A stretch of 64,000 nucleotides of DNA from Bacteriovorax sp. (lineage in GTDB: Bacteria > Bdellovibrionota > Bacteriovoracia > Bacteriovoracales > Bacteriovoracaceae): positions 1,083-65,082 of the forward strand of contig JAQTTZ010000012.1 in assembly GCA_028710485.1 (NCBI GenBank), given 5' to 3'. The notes below the pieces were generated by a model. The model was not told where the DNA came from, searched no databases, and worked only from the letters and a program-made list of their open reading frames with translations. Below, in pieces: positions 38,562 to 47,813 of this stretch. The position numbers and the translations under genes were made by a program. The first letter of the stretch is position 1, and each line of letters opens with the position of its first letter.

Positions 38562-40013
38562 ATGAACTTAACGAACAAGCAAGACTTCAACGGCTTAAAG
38601 AAATTCCAAAAAGAAATTAAGAAAATTTTCTTCTACCGTGTTTGTGGTACCGGTATGGGGGCAGCTGCTTGTTTATTAAAAGAAAAGGGTTATGACGTAC
38701 AGGGTGGCGATGCGAATTTTTATCCACCAATGAGTACGTATTTAGAATCAACGGGAATTCCTCTGTTTAAGCTAGATCAAATTACTCAAGCATTTTTGAA
38801 AAGTTTTGATTTGATTGTCGTAGGTAATGTTATTCCTAATGGTGGGCCTGATGCTAAGTTGATTGAAGAACTCGGAGTTAAATTTTCTTCGTTCCCGACA
38901 GCGATTGGTGCTCTAGTCCTAAGTGATCTGAATGTTATCGGAATCGCAGGAACACACGGCAAAACAACCACAACTTTTTTAGCCACTCAAATTTTTGAAA
39001 AACTAGGAGCAAATCCAGGTTACCTCATTGGAGGAGTCATGGAAGACCGGCCCTCTTCGCGTTTGGGAAGTGGCAAGTATTTTTTTATTGAATCAGATGA
39101 ATATGATAGTGCTTACTTTGAAAAAATTTCAAAATTCAGATCTTACTCTCTCGATAATTTAATTCTTACTTCATTAGAGTTTGATCACGCCGATATATTT
39201 AATTCAGTTGAAGATATTAAAGCGCAGTTTAGAGCAGCAATGCCTTATATTGGTAAAACTTTTATTATGTCGGTTGACTATATAGCTTCACTTGAACTCT
39301 TCAATGAGTTTACAGATGGAGACAAGTCTCGTTGGATAAAATACGGTGAGAAATCAGAGATTGGTCCAAAGATTTTAGAATCCGGTGAATCTGGCACTCG
39401 TTTTCAACTTCGATTTAATAAAGAAGACTTGGTTTACCAAACCAACTTGATTGGTAGACATAATATTCTCAATCTCGCTTCAGTTATTCTTTATGCTCTT
39501 ACTGAAGGTTTTCAACACCATGAGATTTCAGAAGCTATAAAAGAGCTACAGATGGTTAAGCGACGTCAGGAAATTCGCGGTAGTTATAAAGGCGCATTAG
39601 TGATCGATGACTTTGCTCACCATCCTCGCGCTGTAGAGTTAACTCTTGATGGAATTATTACTCAATATCCCAAACGAAAAGTTCACGTTATCATGGAACC
39701 AAACTCTGCCACGGCGAGAAGTGCAATTTTTCAAAAAGAATTTACTGATGCTCTTAATAGAGCAGCTTCTGTTATTTTTACTAAACCTACACGTCCAACC
39801 AGTGTTAAGAATGTTGGTGACCTAGATATCTATAAAATCATAGACGCCGTAAAGGTTTCTGGAAGAAATGGAAGTGTCGTGGGAGATTTACCTGAACTAA
39901 TGGCCGAAATTGAAAAAATTGCAAACCCCGAAAACCTAATTCTTATCTTGAGCAATGGTACATGTTTGGGATTGTGGGAGTCAGGATTTGTGAAAAACCT
40001 CACCAACGAATGA
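38562..40013 (+). CDS. mpl: Murein peptide ligase (Mpl/MurC family)
   Basis: VCGTGMG, YPPMST, AGTHGKTTT, ESDEYDSAYF, LEFDHADIF, DDFAHHP. Confidence 0.85.
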   Translation: MNLTNKQDFNGLKKFQKEIKKIFFYRVCGTGMGAAACLLKEKGYDVQGGDANFYPPMSTYLESTGIPLFKLDQITQAFLKSFDLIVVGNVIPNGGPDAKLIEELGVKFSSFPTAIGALVLSDLNVIGIAGTHGKTTTTFLATQIFEKLGANPGYLIGGVMEDRPSSRLGSGKYFFIESDEYDSAYFEKISKFRSYSLDNLILTSLEFDHADIFNSVEDIKAQFRAAMPYIGKTFIMSVDYIASLELFNEFTDGDKSRWIKYGEKSEIGPKILESGESGTRFQLRFNKEDLVYQTNLIGRHNILNLASVILYALTEGFQHHEISEAIKELQMVKRRQEIRGSYKGALVIDDFAHHPRAVELTLDGIITQYPKRKVHVIMEPNSATARSAIFQKEFTDALNRAASVIFTKPTRPTSVKNVGDLDIYKIIDAVKVSGRNGSVVGDLPELMAEIEKIANPENLILILSNGTCLGLWESGFVKNLTNE

Positions 40014-41710
40014 AAGTTTTAACTCAGCTTCTAGTTATTATTTTAATCATAGCTATTTCTCCTAAGCTTCATGCTACGACTGGTTTGGATGATGCTATTT
40101 TAGCAGAGTATCTAAAAATTCAAAAAGAATATTCAGATGAATCCTGCAAAGCGGGCACAGAATCAGCTTTTCAAGAGCTTGATAAAACCTATCGTGGCGA
40201 TGGAAATTTTATTCCCGTTTCTCTGGATGAGAAAGTTGATCTCAAAACAATTAAAAATCTCATTCCTCTAATGATAGAAAAAAGTTTATGGATTCAGTCG
40301 CAAATTGATTTCATCAAAAAAATCCAAGATTCAAAAAGTTTAAAATTTGAAATGGATCGTTTAGAAAATGATGTTTCTCTTTTACTTGAAGCTAAAAAAG
40401 ATTATTTTTTTACTAAGGACAAGGCTAAGAGGGATAATATACAAGCGAATGCCGGCTTGCAGTTTCAACAGATGCTAAAAGAAATTGAACAATTTAAAAA
40501 CCAAATACCGTTTTTACTTAGTTTTAAATTCCCAGTTAATCATTTATCTCTGCGCACAGAATACGAAAAATTTAAAAATCAAAATAATAAAGAAGCCAGA
40601 CTTCGTGCGAACTCTATTTATCTTTTTAGAAAAATTGTTCAAGACGGCACTTACGATGAAAATCTCATAAAAAGCGATGCCGTTATCCGATCAGCCTTTG
40701 ATACTTTGTATATGTCATTGAACAAAGAATCTAATCGCAATTTTTTAACCGATAATGAACGGGTCGATTTCAGTTATGTTATAAGAAATTTTGATAAACT
40801 ACTTTCACTTAAGCCTGATGCTTTAATCGCTCGCTATACAGAATGGAAGGCAAGAAATGAGCGCACCCTAGGGTTTTATCAAGACCTGGTTGAAGGAAAA
40901 AAAATCAAATTGTCTGAAGATAGCCGAATTAAAGATGTGACCTCTCTCTTGGAAGAGCGCGCTCGTTCACTTTACACTCTAAAAGATTTTGTTCTTTCGC
41001 GCGAATCCAATACTTATGACTTCTGGTCTCGCCGTTCTGAATTAATGCAGTCGCTTTTTGCGATTGAAACCATTCTTTATAGTGAAGTCGGCCGAATGGA
41101 CGCTCCTGACGCTCTAGAGCGCCGAGATGTCGCTCAGATTGTTATTAATCGCTCAGAGAATTCAACTTATAATTTACTTAAAAGCCAGGACACCATCACT
41201 AAATTTTTGTCTCCAAAAATTAAGATTGAAGAAAATAAATGGCTCAATGTTCTTTTTAAGGAAGGGGAGTTTTCTTTTACCTATTTTTATATTCCTGGAA
41301 ATTTTCATATCTATTGCCCGGATATGAGTAGGACTGGCCAGTTTTTAAGAAGAGAAAATATTCGCATTGCCTTGGAACTTTTAAATAAGCCAAGAACAAA
41401 TTTTACGGCGCTTAGATATTTTTCACGCACAGGGATGTTTGGCCGTATCGAAATGGATTCTCTGTGGAATGAATTTAAAGCACTTCCAGAAGTCCCGGGG
41501 AAACCAGTGCGCAATCCTCGTAAGATCTATGGCCTATTTAAGCGCGATCAATATAAGTTTTTATACGATTTTACCAATGAAGATTTGAAAAAGAGCTTTC
41601 TTGTCGTGGAACTAAAGGGCAAAACCTATGTGGTGGACGCCAAGAATACAAAACAAATATATTATTATCGGAATCCGCAGCAATTTAAGTATTTCACCCT
41701 GCTAAAATAA
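40010..41710 (+). CDS. Large secreted protein with C-terminal SleB/CwlJ (Hydrolase_2)-like domain
   Basis: Signal peptide MKVLTQ...LHA; ATGA overlap with mpl; ETILYSEVG...VAQIVINR...VLFKEGEFSF. Confidence 0.6.
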   Translation: MKVLTQLLVIILIIAISPKLHATTGLDDAILAEYLKIQKEYSDESCKAGTESAFQELDKTYRGDGNFIPVSLDEKVDLKTIKNLIPLMIEKSLWIQSQIDFIKKIQDSKSLKFEMDRLENDVSLLLEAKKDYFFTKDKAKRDNIQANAGLQFQQMLKEIEQFKNQIPFLLSFKFPVNHLSLRTEYEKFKNQNNKEARLRANSIYLFRKIVQDGTYDENLIKSDAVIRSAFDTLYMSLNKESNRNFLTDNERVDFSYVIRNFDKLLSLKPDALIARYTEWKARNERTLGFYQDLVEGKKIKLSEDSRIKDVTSLLEERARSLYTLKDFVLSRESNTYDFWSRRSELMQSLFAIETILYSEVGRMDAPDALERRDVAQIVINRSENSTYNLLKSQDTITKFLSPKIKIEENKWLNVLFKEGEFSFTYFYIPGNFHIYCPDMSRTGQFLRRENIRIALELLNKPRTNFTALRYFSRTGMFGRIEMDSLWNEFKALPEVPGKPVRNPRKIYGLFKRDQYKFLYDFTNEDLKKSFLVVELKGKTYVVDAKNTKQIYYYRNPQQFKYFTLLK

Positions 41711-41802
41711 TTTGCCCTCACAAATCAAGACGTGTATATTCCCCCTAGTGTATTATTTATTTAGATGGTTTTTATTTACCATCTCTCATTGTGGAGAGTC
41801 CT

Positions 41803-42957
41803 ATGTTGAAAGATTACATCTTTACATCTGAGTCTGTGACTGAAGGTCACCCAGATAAAATCGCCGATCAAATTTCGGATGCAGTGTTGGATGCAATGCT
41901 TGCTCAAGATCCAAAAGCACGCGTTGCTTGTGAAACTTTAATTACAACTGGACTTGTTGTTCTTGCTGGAGAAATCACAACGACAGCTAATGTTGATTTC
42001 CAAGCAATCGTTAGAAAAACAATTAAGGACATCGGTTACGATGATTCAAGAAAAGGCTTTGATGCAACTACTTGTGGTGTGTCCATAGTTCTTGGAAAAC
42101 AATCTCCTGATATCGCCCAAGGGGTTAACGTTGGAGAAGGAACTTTTGTAGAACAAGGTGCTGGAGACCAAGGCTTAATGTTTGGTTATGCCTGTAACGA
42201 ATCAGCTAACTTCATGCCACTTACCATTGACCTTTCTCACCAATTAGCAAAAAAACTTTCTGAAGTTAGAAAAAATGGCCCTCTTCCACTTCTACGCGCT
42301 GATGGAAAAACTCAAGTATCAGCTCAGTATGTGAATGGAAAAATTACTCGTTTGGATGCAATCGTTATTTCTACTCAACACGCTGAAGAGATGACTTTAA
42401 AGCAAATCGAAGAAGGTGTACGTGCTGAAGTTATCAATAAGGTAGTTCCAGCAAACCTAATCGATAACAATACAAAAATTTATATCAACCCAACAGGTCG
42501 CTTCGTAATCGGTGGACCAATGGGAGACTGTGGTCTTACAGGAAGAAAAATCATCGTAGATACTTACGGTGGTCACGGTGCCCACGGTGGTGGAGCTTTC
42601 TCTGGTAAAGATCCGTCAAAAGTTGATAGATCAGCGGCGTATGCTGCTCGTCACGTAGCTAAACATATCGTAGCAGCAGGCCTTGCTGAAAAAGCATTAG
42701 TTCAAGTTGCCTACGCTATCGGTGTTGCTCAACCAGTATCATTCTTGGTTGAAACATACGGAACAGAAAAAGTTGAAATCAAAAAACTTACTGACGTTAT
42801 CAACAAAATGTTTGATATGAAGCCAAGAGCAATCATTGAAAGACTGGATCTATTAAAACCGATCTACTCTCAAACAGCTGCTTACGGACACTTTGGTCGC
42901 GATATTTTCCCTTGGGAAAAATTAGACCGCTTAGAAGAACTTAAATCTCATTTCTAG
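41803..42957 (+). CDS. metK: S-adenosylmethionine synthetase
   Basis: [28 protein letters not shown]. Confidence 0.98.
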   Translation: MLKDYIFTSESVTEGHPDKIADQISDAVLDAMLAQDPKARVACETLITTGLVVLAGEITTTANVDFQAIVRKTIKDIGYDDSRKGFDATTCGVSIVLGKQSPDIAQGVNVGEGTFVEQGAGDQGLMFGYACNESANFMPLTIDLSHQLAKKLSEVRKNGPLPLLRADGKTQVSAQYVNGKITRLDAIVISTQHAEEMTLKQIEEGVRAEVINKVVPANLIDNNTKIYINPTGRFVIGGPMGDCGLTGRKIIVDTYGGHGAHGGGAFSGKDPSKVDRSAAYAARHVAKHIVAAGLAEKALVQVAYAIGVAQPVSFLVETYGTEKVEIKKLTDVINKMFDMKPRAIIERLDLLKPIYSQTAAYGHFGRDIFPWEKLDRLEELKSHF

Positions 42958-42983
42958 ATATAAGCGCCAAGTTAAAATTCAAG

Positions 42984-43015
42984 AAGCCTCCGATTCAAAT
43001 TCGGGGGCTTTTTTT
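42984..43015 (+). terminator. Rho-independent terminator
   Basis: AAGCCTCCGA-ttcaaat-TCGGGGGCTT followed by a T-tract. Confidence 0.8.
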
Positions 43016-43143
43016 GGTCTTGTTTGTAGTAGCGAAGACTTCATGTGATTTCAGGTAAGTTTTAATCATTAGGTTTTGAGCTTCCTTGCTTCTTCCAAAT
43101 AAATTCAGCTATTTCTAAAAGCAAATGGACTGCAAGGAGATGT

Positions 43144-43353
43144 ATGATGATTTCTTTCATTGGTGAGATATTTCTGTATGTATTTCTGGATTTTCTATTG
43201 TCTTTACCAGGAGCATTCATACAATGGCTATTTTTTAGGAGACGACGAAGTTTTAAAGAAATATACAGAGATGATTTATACTTAAATCCCATAATTGGGG
43301 GAGCATTTATAGTACTCATTTGTAGTGGAGTATATTTTTATGTCAAACATTAA
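43144..43353 (+). CDS. Small membrane protein
   Basis: AAGGAG SD; two hydrophobic segments separated by RRRR. Confidence 0.55.
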   Translation: MMISFIGEIFLYVFLDFLLSLPGAFIQWLFFRRRRSFKEIYRDDLYLNPIIGGAFIVLICSGVYFYVKH

Positions 43354-43556
43354 ACAGTATCTAAAGCACTCACTTTATAACCAATTAGCAAATCGAAAAG
43401 CTAAGAAATAACAAACAGTCGTTGACTAAAAATCGACGGATGTTTGTTGTACAATGCTTTCACGTTGGGCTGCCTTCACTGTTCTAATTTCAGCACCACA
43501 GCTCCCGCATCGTATTTGATAAAGAGACCCACTTGGGGCTATCAAAAAAGATGAGT

Positions 43557-44141
43557 TCAAACGAACTCTAGTGCCTGATAAAAGATTTTACCTCTGTCTA
43601 AAATCCTCATAAGTTCCAAATCATACTCAAGCTTTCCTCTATAAAAGAGAAAGTATTTCTTCTCTGCCTGAATTGAATTATAATGGCCCACAATATGCTT
43701 TGCTGTTTTATGCTTTATTCCATTATTAAATATATAATTGAGAACATTCTTTAATTGCCTTGGAGACGAAATTTTCCTGAAATGATAACGGTGCTTATAG
43801 ACGCCCCCTTTTAACTTCCTCATTCTATTGATCGCCTTTGAGATGGTCACACCAAACGACTGCATTCCTTTACTCAAGATATGATTGTTGTCCGCCTCAA
43901 TTAACAAATGGACATGATCATACTCTAGCGAATAGTGAATGACCTTGAGTCCCTGTTTTCTAGCATTCAAGATTGCTCTCTTCAAAATAGATAAGACCGA
44001 TTTATTTTTGAGCTCTGCCTTAATCTTTTTGATTTTAACTGTAAGATGAAGTGAGCAAGCTTTTGATAAATGGGGCCTTGAAGTATGTCTGATTCCAGGA
44101 TCATGGATTGAGGGTCTTCCTGCGCCTTTTATATTGATGAG
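43557..44141 (-). mobile_element. Y1 HUH transposase (IS200/IS605 TnpA or RAYT-like); native start missing
   Basis: HUH motif DHVHLLIEA; catalytic YIFNNGIKH. The frame continues upstream as LINIKGAGRPSIHDPGIRH...LHLTVK but reaches TAA at 44163-44165 with no ATG/GTG. Confidence 0.8.
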
Positions 44142-44311
44142 AGGGCATGTGCCAATGGACTTTTAAGAAGTTATTCTTTTTTGCTAGAGGAGGAGGGCCA
44201 GTTCCAGTGAAAAATATTTGTTTAAGGAAACTGTTTTTCGTATCATTTTGATCAACTTTTATTTATTTGAGAAGAACCGATACTGACCATATGTCTCTTA
44301 TTGGGGAATTT

Positions 44312-45085
44312 ATGAAATTATTCTTTTGGTTTTCTTTGCTAGTTTCGGTGTTGGTTTCTTTTAGCTTAAATGCAGAAGTAAGTCGCTCACCTGCAGTCGT
44401 TGGAGGTCAGTGTGATCTCGATATTCGAACTACCAAAATTCAGTCAGGCAGCGAGAAGGTATTTAACCAGGAAGTTACGCATAAAGTGGTCATACTTTCT
44501 GATGATAGCGTCGGCTGTTCGGTTATGCCGAAAAAGCAGTACCCGAGTTCAACTTACGAAGAAAATGCCCGCAATGAAATGAGACTTCTCTTTCAAAAAT
44601 ATCCTGAGAATTATTCCAAAAATTGTGTTGAACATTTCAAGGCACAAGGCTTAAAAAAGTCAGAATATGTCTGTGAAGAGCCAGCAATCGTTTCAATGTC
44701 ATTTACTCGCTTTGGTTGTGAAAAGAAAATGGAAGATGGAACACAGAAGGTAGCATTCGCCGGCTTCACTTACGCCTCTGTGAAGTATCAGCAACGAGGA
44801 GTAAGGATTGAAGAGAAGTCGGCAGAACTCGTTCAAAAGGAGCAATGCGCTCGTGTTAATGAATGTATTGAGCAAGCTTCAGAAAAAGAAATGCCGGAGC
44901 TTAAAAAATTATCTGCAGTTGCCTGTAAAGCTGAGTTAACACCAGTTTCAACGGCAAGAGCTCCCGCTCTTGAAAAAGATTCTAGCTTTGATGGAAACAG
45001 AACACCTAAAAATAATTCTAATTCCAATTCCAATAAAGATGAACAACAAAAAAATCCTGAAGCCTCAGGTTCAGTGTTAAAATAA
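44312..45085 (+). CDS. Cys-rich secreted hypothetical protein
   Basis: Signal peptide ending SLNA followed by RSPAV; 8 Cys; RAPAL before a low-complexity Asn/Ser tail. Confidence 0.75.
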   Translation: MKLFFWFSLLVSVLVSFSLNAEVSRSPAVVGGQCDLDIRTTKIQSGSEKVFNQEVTHKVVILSDDSVGCSVMPKKQYPSSTYEENARNEMRLLFQKYPENYSKNCVEHFKAQGLKKSEYVCEEPAIVSMSFTRFGCEKKMEDGTQKVAFAGFTYASVKYQQRGVRIEEKSAELVQKEQCARVNECIEQASEKEMPELKKLSAVACKAELTPVSTARAPALEKDSSFDGNRTPKNNSNSNSNKDEQQKNPEASGSVLK

Positions 45086-45089
45086 TTAT

Positions 45090-45320
45090 ATGAACTTCTT
45101 AGATATATTTCTCTTCATCCTTAAATATATTCCATTTTGGGCTGTGCCAATGGGACTAATGAGTGCGAACTTTGCTTACCTTTACTGGTTGAAAGACTTT
45201 CGAGAAATAGCCTATGGTTGGGGTGTCGTAACCTTGTTTTGTCTTACATCAACGGCCGTTTATTTTGTTATTGGTGGCCCGGATCAAATCGTGCAGACTT
45301 TTACGCACGTTTTTCACTAG
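45090..45320 (+). CDS. Small membrane protein
   Basis: 76 aa with hydrophobic segments; 4 bp after the upstream stop. Confidence 0.6.
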   Translation: MNFLDIFLFILKYIPFWAVPMGLMSANFAYLYWLKDFREIAYGWGVVTLFCLTSTAVYFVIGGPDQIVQTFTHVFH

Positions 45321-45372
45321 TTACTCTTGTTTCAAGAATTTTGGGAAGTTATTGCCGTCTTCTACCTTAAGA

Positions 45373-45437
45373 TGTTGAGAAATTGACACCACACCAATTA
45401 TATTGCTAGCATTTTTCTATGGGTCATAGGATTGACC
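45373..45437. promoter_or_regulatory. Two GTCA-N6-TGAC-like (FleQ box/UAS-like) sites
   Basis: TGTTGAGAAATTGACA (45373-45388) and GGTCATAGGATTGACC (45422-45437). Confidence 0.4.
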
Positions 45438-45502
45438 ATTTTTTAGGTAGTAGCTTATTGATCGCATTAGGTATTCATTAATTTCTTTCAAGGACGCGAA
45501 GA

Positions 45503-47080
45503 GTGAATGATTTTCAATTTCTGCATACATCATTTGAACAGCAGGATCAGACTAAGTCTGGAACACAAAATTTAAAGCTCCCCGATATTTATCTGGTCGA
45601 AGATGACCGCGTGCTTGGTACGACGATCAAAAAATACCTAGAAAAAAAATTAGCGTTAAACGTGCACTTTTTTTTAACTCCCACCGAATGCCTTCTCGAA
45701 CTTGATAAAAAAATAAAATCTGAAACTGTCGTTAACCAAACTCCCTTCTGCCTAATTACAGATATTAGTTTCGAAGTAGGAGGCTCAGATGGATTATTGT
45801 TAATTGATCTTCTTAAAGAGCGTGGTCACCATTTTGTCTCGATCGTTATGACTGGGTTTGCTTCTATTGAAACAGCGATCAATGCTACCAAAAAAGGTGT
45901 TTTTCACTACCTCACAAAACCTTTTGAATTAGAAATTCTAAGTGAGCTTGTTACAAAAGCATTCATTAAAAAATTAAATGTTCCCGAAAGTGCCTTTACT
46001 AGTAGTGAAGCCTTCATTAATAAGACTAATAGTTCTCCTAACGCTTCAAACGCACCTCATTTATTCCAAAGTAAATTTAAAATTGAAGCTCCTGGTGTCG
46101 ATGATATTTTTTGTGGAATGGTTGGACGCTCAAAACAAATGAAGCAGGTCTTCGAGCGAATTAAAAAAGTAGCAGCTTCAGATTCAACTATTTTTATTTC
46201 TGGCCCTTCGGGGACAGGGAAAGAACTAGTGGCAAACGCTCTTCATCATCTTTCTAATCGTAAAGCTCATAATATGGTTTCTGTGAATTGTGGCGCAATT
46301 CCTTCAGAGCTTTTGGAGAGCGAACTCTTTGGTCATGAAAAAGGTGCCTTTACTGGTGCAATTTCTTCTCGCAAGGGAAGATTTGAAATGGCCCATAGAG
46401 GATCAATCTTCCTCGATGAAATTGGCGATATGCCTCTTTTGTTACAAGTTAAAATTCTTCGCGTGCTTCAAAATCGCGTGATTGAAAGAGTTGGTAGTAC
46501 TGAGACAACTGAAATTGATGTTCGCATTATCACCGCAACTCATAGAAACTTGGAAGAGGCTGTCCAGGAAGGAAACTTTCGCGAAGATCTTTATTACCGC
46601 TTAAACGTTATTCCAATTAAAATTCCGGCACTGAAAGAGCGCCGAGAAGATATTCCTTTAATGATTTCTTATTTTCTTTCAAAATTTGTGAGTGCAGATT
46701 TAAGAAATAATATTGAATTTGATGATGAAACTCTTGAACTGCTTATTTCTTACGATTGGCCAGGAAATGTTCGCGAACTAGAAAATTTAATTGAGCGCTT
46801 AGTAATCTTAAAAGGCGGAAGCTTGATTAAGGTTGCTGACCTTCCTGCAAAATTTTTAAAAGTATCTCCTCAGAACGTTGAATCATATAAGAGCTTAATT
46901 AATCTTCCCAACGAAGGAGTGGATTTAAAACAGTTGTTATCTGATATCGAAGACTCACTTATCAATCAGGCCTTAGAATTAACAGGTGGAAATAAAAATC
47001 AAGCTTCAAAGCTTCTTTCTATGAACCGCACAACGTTGATTGAGAAGATGAAAAAGAAGGGGTTTCTCCAGTTAAGCTAG
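45503..47080 (+). CDS. Sigma54-dependent response regulator, FleQ/FlrA-like
   Basis: Receiver domain (VEDD, ITD, KPF), GPSGTGKE, GAFTGA, FLDEIG, FleQ-like HTH ...NRTTLIEKMKK. Confidence 0.88.
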   Translation: MNDFQFLHTSFEQQDQTKSGTQNLKLPDIYLVEDDRVLGTTIKKYLEKKLALNVHFFLTPTECLLELDKKIKSETVVNQTPFCLITDISFEVGGSDGLLLIDLLKERGHHFVSIVMTGFASIETAINATKKGVFHYLTKPFELEILSELVTKAFIKKLNVPESAFTSSEAFINKTNSSPNASNAPHLFQSKFKIEAPGVDDIFCGMVGRSKQMKQVFERIKKVAASDSTIFISGPSGTGKELVANALHHLSNRKAHNMVSVNCGAIPSELLESELFGHEKGAFTGAISSRKGRFEMAHRGSIFLDEIGDMPLLLQVKILRVLQNRVIERVGSTETTEIDVRIITATHRNLEEAVQEGNFREDLYYRLNVIPIKIPALKERREDIPLMISYFLSKFVSADLRNNIEFDDETLELLISYDWPGNVRELENLIERLVILKGGSLIKVADLPAKFLKVSPQNVESYKSLINLPNEGVDLKQLLSDIEDSLINQALELTGGNKNQASKLLSMNRTTLIEKMKKKGFLQLS

Positions 47081-47084
47081 ATTG

Positions 47085-47120
47085 ATAGTTTTTATCTATC
47101 GTTTAATAAAATCAATCGAT
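47085..47120. promoter_or_regulatory. OxyR-box-like LysR site upstream of ahpC
   Basis: ATAG-N7-CTAT-N6-ATAA-N7-CGAT versus ATAG-N7-CTAT-N7-ATAG-N7-CTAT. Confidence 0.65.
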
Positions 47121-47202
47121 TTGATCAAAAATCTCTCTTGGGGCATTGTTAATTAATGTTGATTATTTCAACTCAATTAAATTCTATCCAAGGGGGAGTT
47201 TT

Positions 47203-47772
47203 ATGGCCGCTACATTGATTAACACCAAAGTTCCAGATTTCAAAGTTCAAGCTTATTACCACAACGATTTCAAAACGATTACTCAAGAAGATCTTCAAGG
47301 AAAGTGGTCTATCTTCTTTTTCTATCCAGCAGACTTCACATTCGTCTGTCCAACAGAACTTGGAGATATGGCCGATAAATATCCAATATTTCAAAAAATG
47401 GGTGTTGAAGTTTATTCAGTAAGTACTGATACGCATTTTGTTCACAAGGCTTGGCATGATGCTTCAGAGACAATTAAAAAAATTAAATACCCGATGCTAG
47501 CTGATCCAACAGGACATTTATCAAGAGCGTTTGGCGTGCATATCGAAGAAGAAGGTTTGGCCTATAGAGGAACATTTTTAGTGAATCCAGAAGGATTAAT
47601 AAAGCTTGTTGAAATCAATGATAATGGAATTGGCAGAAACGCTGATGAGTTATTAAGAAAAGTTCAAGCGGCCCAATTTATTGCTGCTCACCCCAACGAA
47701 GTATGTCCAGCGAAATGGACGCCTGGTGGAGCGACTTTAAAACCAGGTCTTGATCTAATTGGTAAAATCTAG
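47203..47772 (+). CDS. ahpC: Alkyl hydroperoxide reductase C
   Basis: FYPADFTFVCPTE, EVCPAKW; ATG at 47203 after GGGGAG. Confidence 0.96.
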   Translation: MAATLINTKVPDFKVQAYYHNDFKTITQEDLQGKWSIFFFYPADFTFVCPTELGDMADKYPIFQKMGVEVYSVSTDTHFVHKAWHDASETIKKIKYPMLADPTGHLSRAFGVHIEEEGLAYRGTFLVNPEGLIKLVEINDNGIGRNADELLRKVQAAQFIAAHPNEVCPAKWTPGGATLKPGLDLIGKI

Positions 47773-47813
47773 AAATTATTTTTAAAGCTTAAATTAGTGA
47801 GTGAGGGAATGTT

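Noticed and set aside
41763-41784. SAM riboswitch upstream of metK
   Set aside because: Only a simple AGATGGT/ACCATCT hairpin in a 92-bp gap; no SAM-I/II consensus recognised.
43426-43560. 44-codon minus-strand ORF containing CGSC
   Set aside because: Only one CxxC, TTG start and no clear SD; could be chance or an unidentifiable remnant.
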